64,000 nucleotides of DNA from Sminthopsis crassicaudata (lineage: Eukaryota), in assembly GCF_048593235.1 (NCBI RefSeq), contig NC_133617.1:13149607-13213606 (forward strand), given 5' to 3'. Shown piece by piece: positions 62,501 to 64,000 of the stretch (its first letter is position 1; each line of letters opens with the position of its first letter). Position numbers and translations under genes: made by a program. The notes under the pieces were generated by a model, which saw nothing but the letters and a program-made list of their open reading frames with translations, ran no database searches and was not told the DNA's origin.

Positions 62501-63569
62501 CCCGGATCAGGTCATCGTCCGCAAAGACTACGACCCCAAAGGTACGGAGGCTTCGGGCCGCCACCCCTGGGCCCCGGGGGCTGGGGGGGGTCCCTGCCAA
62601 GAGCTTACCTTCTCCCTTCCTTTGCAGCTTCCAAGCCCCTACCCCCAGCCCCCGCCCCAGACGAGTACCTGGTGTCCCCCATCACTGGGGAGAAGATCCC
62701 GGCCAGCAAGATGCAGGAGCACATGCGCATCGGCCTGCTGGACCCGCGCTGGCTGGAGCAGCGCGACCGCTCGATCCGCGAAAAGCAGAGCGACGACGAG
62801 GTCTATGCCCCAGGTGAGGCCGGCCCGGCTGGTCCCGACGCCCTCAGAGTTTGCATCCTCTGTGGTTTCAGCTTGGGGGCGGGGGGTGCATATGTCCTTG
62901 GGCTCAGGTTACAGGCCGCTCCCCAGGGGCCCATCAACCCTGCCCAGCCGTTGTTGGGAGGCAGGGCCCACTGAGTGGGCCCCGTCCCCTCTCTGCCTCA
63001 GTCTCCTCTGTTAATGGGTGTCCTTGGAGCTCCCACCTTCCGGAGCTGTGAGGAGGACGCCGTAAGCGTCAGCCCTCGTGCGTCTGATCCCTTTGTCCTC
63101 GTCTGTGGCTTAGGTCTGGACATCGAGAGCAGCCTGAAGCAGCTGGCCGAGCGGCGTACCGACATCTTCGGGGTGGAGGAAACGGCCATCGGCAAGAAGA
63201 TCGGCGAGGAGGAGATCCAGAAACCTGAGGAGAAGGTGAGGCGGCCCATCCTCCCTCCTCCCCCCAACCCCAGCCCATCCTCCCAGCAGGAGGGCGCTCC
63301 CCTGACCCCAGCGCTTTCTTTTCCAGGTCACCTGGGACGGCCACTCGGGCAGCATGGCCCGAACCCAGCAGGCTGCCCAGGCCAACATCACTCTCCAGGA
63401 GCAGATCGAGGCTATTCACAAGGCCAAGGGGCTCGTGCCGGAGGACGACAGCAAGGAGAAGATCGGCCCCAGCAAGCCCAACGAGATCCCTCAGCCGCCC
63501 CCTCCGTCCTCGGCCCCCAACATCCCCACCTCAGCCCCGCCCATCACCTCCGTGCCCCGGCCCCCCTCG
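52131..63569 (+). CDS. SF3A1: Splicing factor 3a subunit 1 (SURP domains), exons 1-11; continues past the right edge
   Basis: join(52131..52193, 56533..56651, 57271..57478, 58466..58723, 60543..60617, 61496..61646, 61779..61972, 62424..62541, 62628..62813, 63114..63235, 63327..63569), open, all GT-AG. Motifs IIYPPPEVRNIVDKTASFVARNGPEFE, LDVVKLTAQFVARNG, AQIDWHDFVVVETVDF, SPITGEKIPASKMQEHMRIGLLDP. Confidence 0.98.
52500..52655 (+). mobile_element. Mar1-like SINE remnant, GC-shifted
   Basis: gtgaccccatccggggttttcttggcaaagacgccggagcggtgccat. Confidence 0.55.
52865..53422 (+). pseudogene. Unidentified, disrupted coding-like (retrocopy-like) fragment in SF3A1 intron 1
   Basis: AT-richer, CpG-poor block inside a CpG island; protein-like segments in shifting frames with a stop; parent gene not recognised. 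Confidence 0.35.
53545..53575 (+). repeat. (TG)n microsatellite
   Basis: About 15 TG units. Confidence 0.97.
53770..54400 (-). mobile_element. Highly diverged L1/HAL1 ORF1-like remnant
   Basis: QETAK, LLGLYE and ILEAAG..F parallel the ORF1 motifs QETIK, IIGLPE and ILQAARKKQF with similar spacing; atagtccaa is shared with the ORF1 remnant at about 45445. Confidence 0.45.
56533..56651 (+). CDS. SF3A1: SF3A1 exon 2
   Basis: PPEEEASKEDS...IIYPPPEVRNIVDKTASFVA. Confidence 0.97.
57271..57478 (+). CDS. SF3A1: SF3A1 exon 3
   Basis: NGPEFEARIRQNEINNPKFNFLNPNDPYHAYY...QLPQK. Confidence 0.98.
58466..58723 (+). CDS. SF3A1: SF3A1 exon 4
   Basis: VQAQVIQETIVPKEPPPEFEF...LVEQYTK. Confidence 0.98.
59291..59835 (+). 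repeat. 60-bp purine-rich tandem repeat, about 9 copies, SF3A1 intron 4
   Basis: Lines starting at 59341, 59401, 59461 and 59521 are identical; later units are 54-60 nt; about 88% purine. Confidence 0.96.
60543..60617 (+). CDS. SF3A1: SF3A1 exon 5
   Basis: ILIPPKGLFTKLKKEAENPREVLDQ. Confidence 0.96.
61496..61646 (+). CDS. SF3A1: SF3A1 exon 6
   Basis: VCYRVEWAKFQERERKKEEEEKEKERVAYAQIDWHDFVVVETVDFQPNEQ. Confidence 0.98.
61779..61972 (+). CDS. SF3A1: SF3A1 exon 7
   Basis: NFPPPTTPEELGARILIQERYEKFGESEEVEMEVESDDE...DMDE. Confidence 0.98.
62424..62541 (+). CDS. SF3A1: SF3A1 exon 8
   Basis: GSDDEEEGQKVPPPPETPMPPPLPPTPDQVIVRKDYDPK. Confidence 0.98.
62628..62813 (+). CDS. SF3A1: SF3A1 exon 9
   Basis: SKPLPPAPAPDEYLVSPITGEKIPASKMQEHMRIGLLDPRW...VYAP. 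Confidence 0.98.
63114..63235 (+). CDS. SF3A1: SF3A1 exon 10
   Basis: LDIESSLKQLAERRTDIFGVEETAIGKKIGEEEIQKPEEK. Confidence 0.98.
63327..63569 (+). CDS. SF3A1: SF3A1 exon 11
   Basis: VTWDGHSGSMARTQQAAQANITLQEQIEAIHKAKG...VPRPPS|GTGAGC. Confidence 0.97.
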
Positions 63570-64000
63570 GTGAGCGCCAGCCAGAGGGGCCTTTACTGCA
63601 GACCCCAAGACTGGGGCCTTGCCTGGGTGGGAGGAGATCCATGTCTTGTGACCCCAAATCCAGCGCTCTGCTGCCCCTAGACCTATCCCCAGCAGAGCAG
63701 GCAGGGCCAGAGCCCGAGCGCACCGGGGGCTCTCCGGAGGGACCCAACCGTGGGGAAAGCCCGGAAGCGGGCTGAGGGCGAGGAGGGCCAGAGTCCAGGC
63801 CCCTCCGGATCCTTCTGGGGTCACTGCTTCACTCCCCCCAAGGGCCTGCTGCTTGAGGCACTCTTTGAGCGGCCCCAGCTTGTCCCCCAGTTCCTACAGT
63901 GCAGAGGGAGGGGCGTCCAACTTCTGATGAGGGGGACTCTTACTGTGAAGGCCGGGCGGCAAAGTGGCGCCTCTGGTGCTGGCCCTTGGCGTGACTGCCC

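Noticed and set aside
63570-64000. SF3A1 exon 12
   Set aside because: No MPPPVRTTVV-like sequence found; the exon must lie beyond the window

Overview
This is a GC-rich mammalian genomic window. Its repeats (WSINE1-type SINEs, marsupial L1/RTE, an OC1-like hAT end) suggest a dasyuromorph marsupial; that assignment is inference. Gene order matches the human 22q12 cluster: SEC14L2 (minus; coding exons 1-2, rest beyond the left edge), RNF215 (plus; complete, 9 exons, 355 aa), CCDC157 (minus; 10 coding exons, with an apparent +1 frameshift in a C5 run in coding exon 2), and SF3A1 (plus; exons 1-11, rest beyond the right edge). CCDC157 and SF3A1 share a compact head-to-head promoter, and RNF215 and CCDC157 converge tail-to-tail. 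The rest is nested L1s with target-site duplications (TSDs), SINEs, several tandem-repeat arrays and five N gaps. I found no CRISPR array, rRNA or tRNA gene, and no clearly new biological system. The best leads are the CCDC157 frameshift, GC-shifted old retroelements beside CpG islands, a frame-intact L1-ORF1-like ORF and an unidentified retrocopy-like fragment in SF3A1 intron 1, and the X-box/overlapping-uORF layout of the shared promoter. All homology calls are from memory and hand alignment, not database searches.
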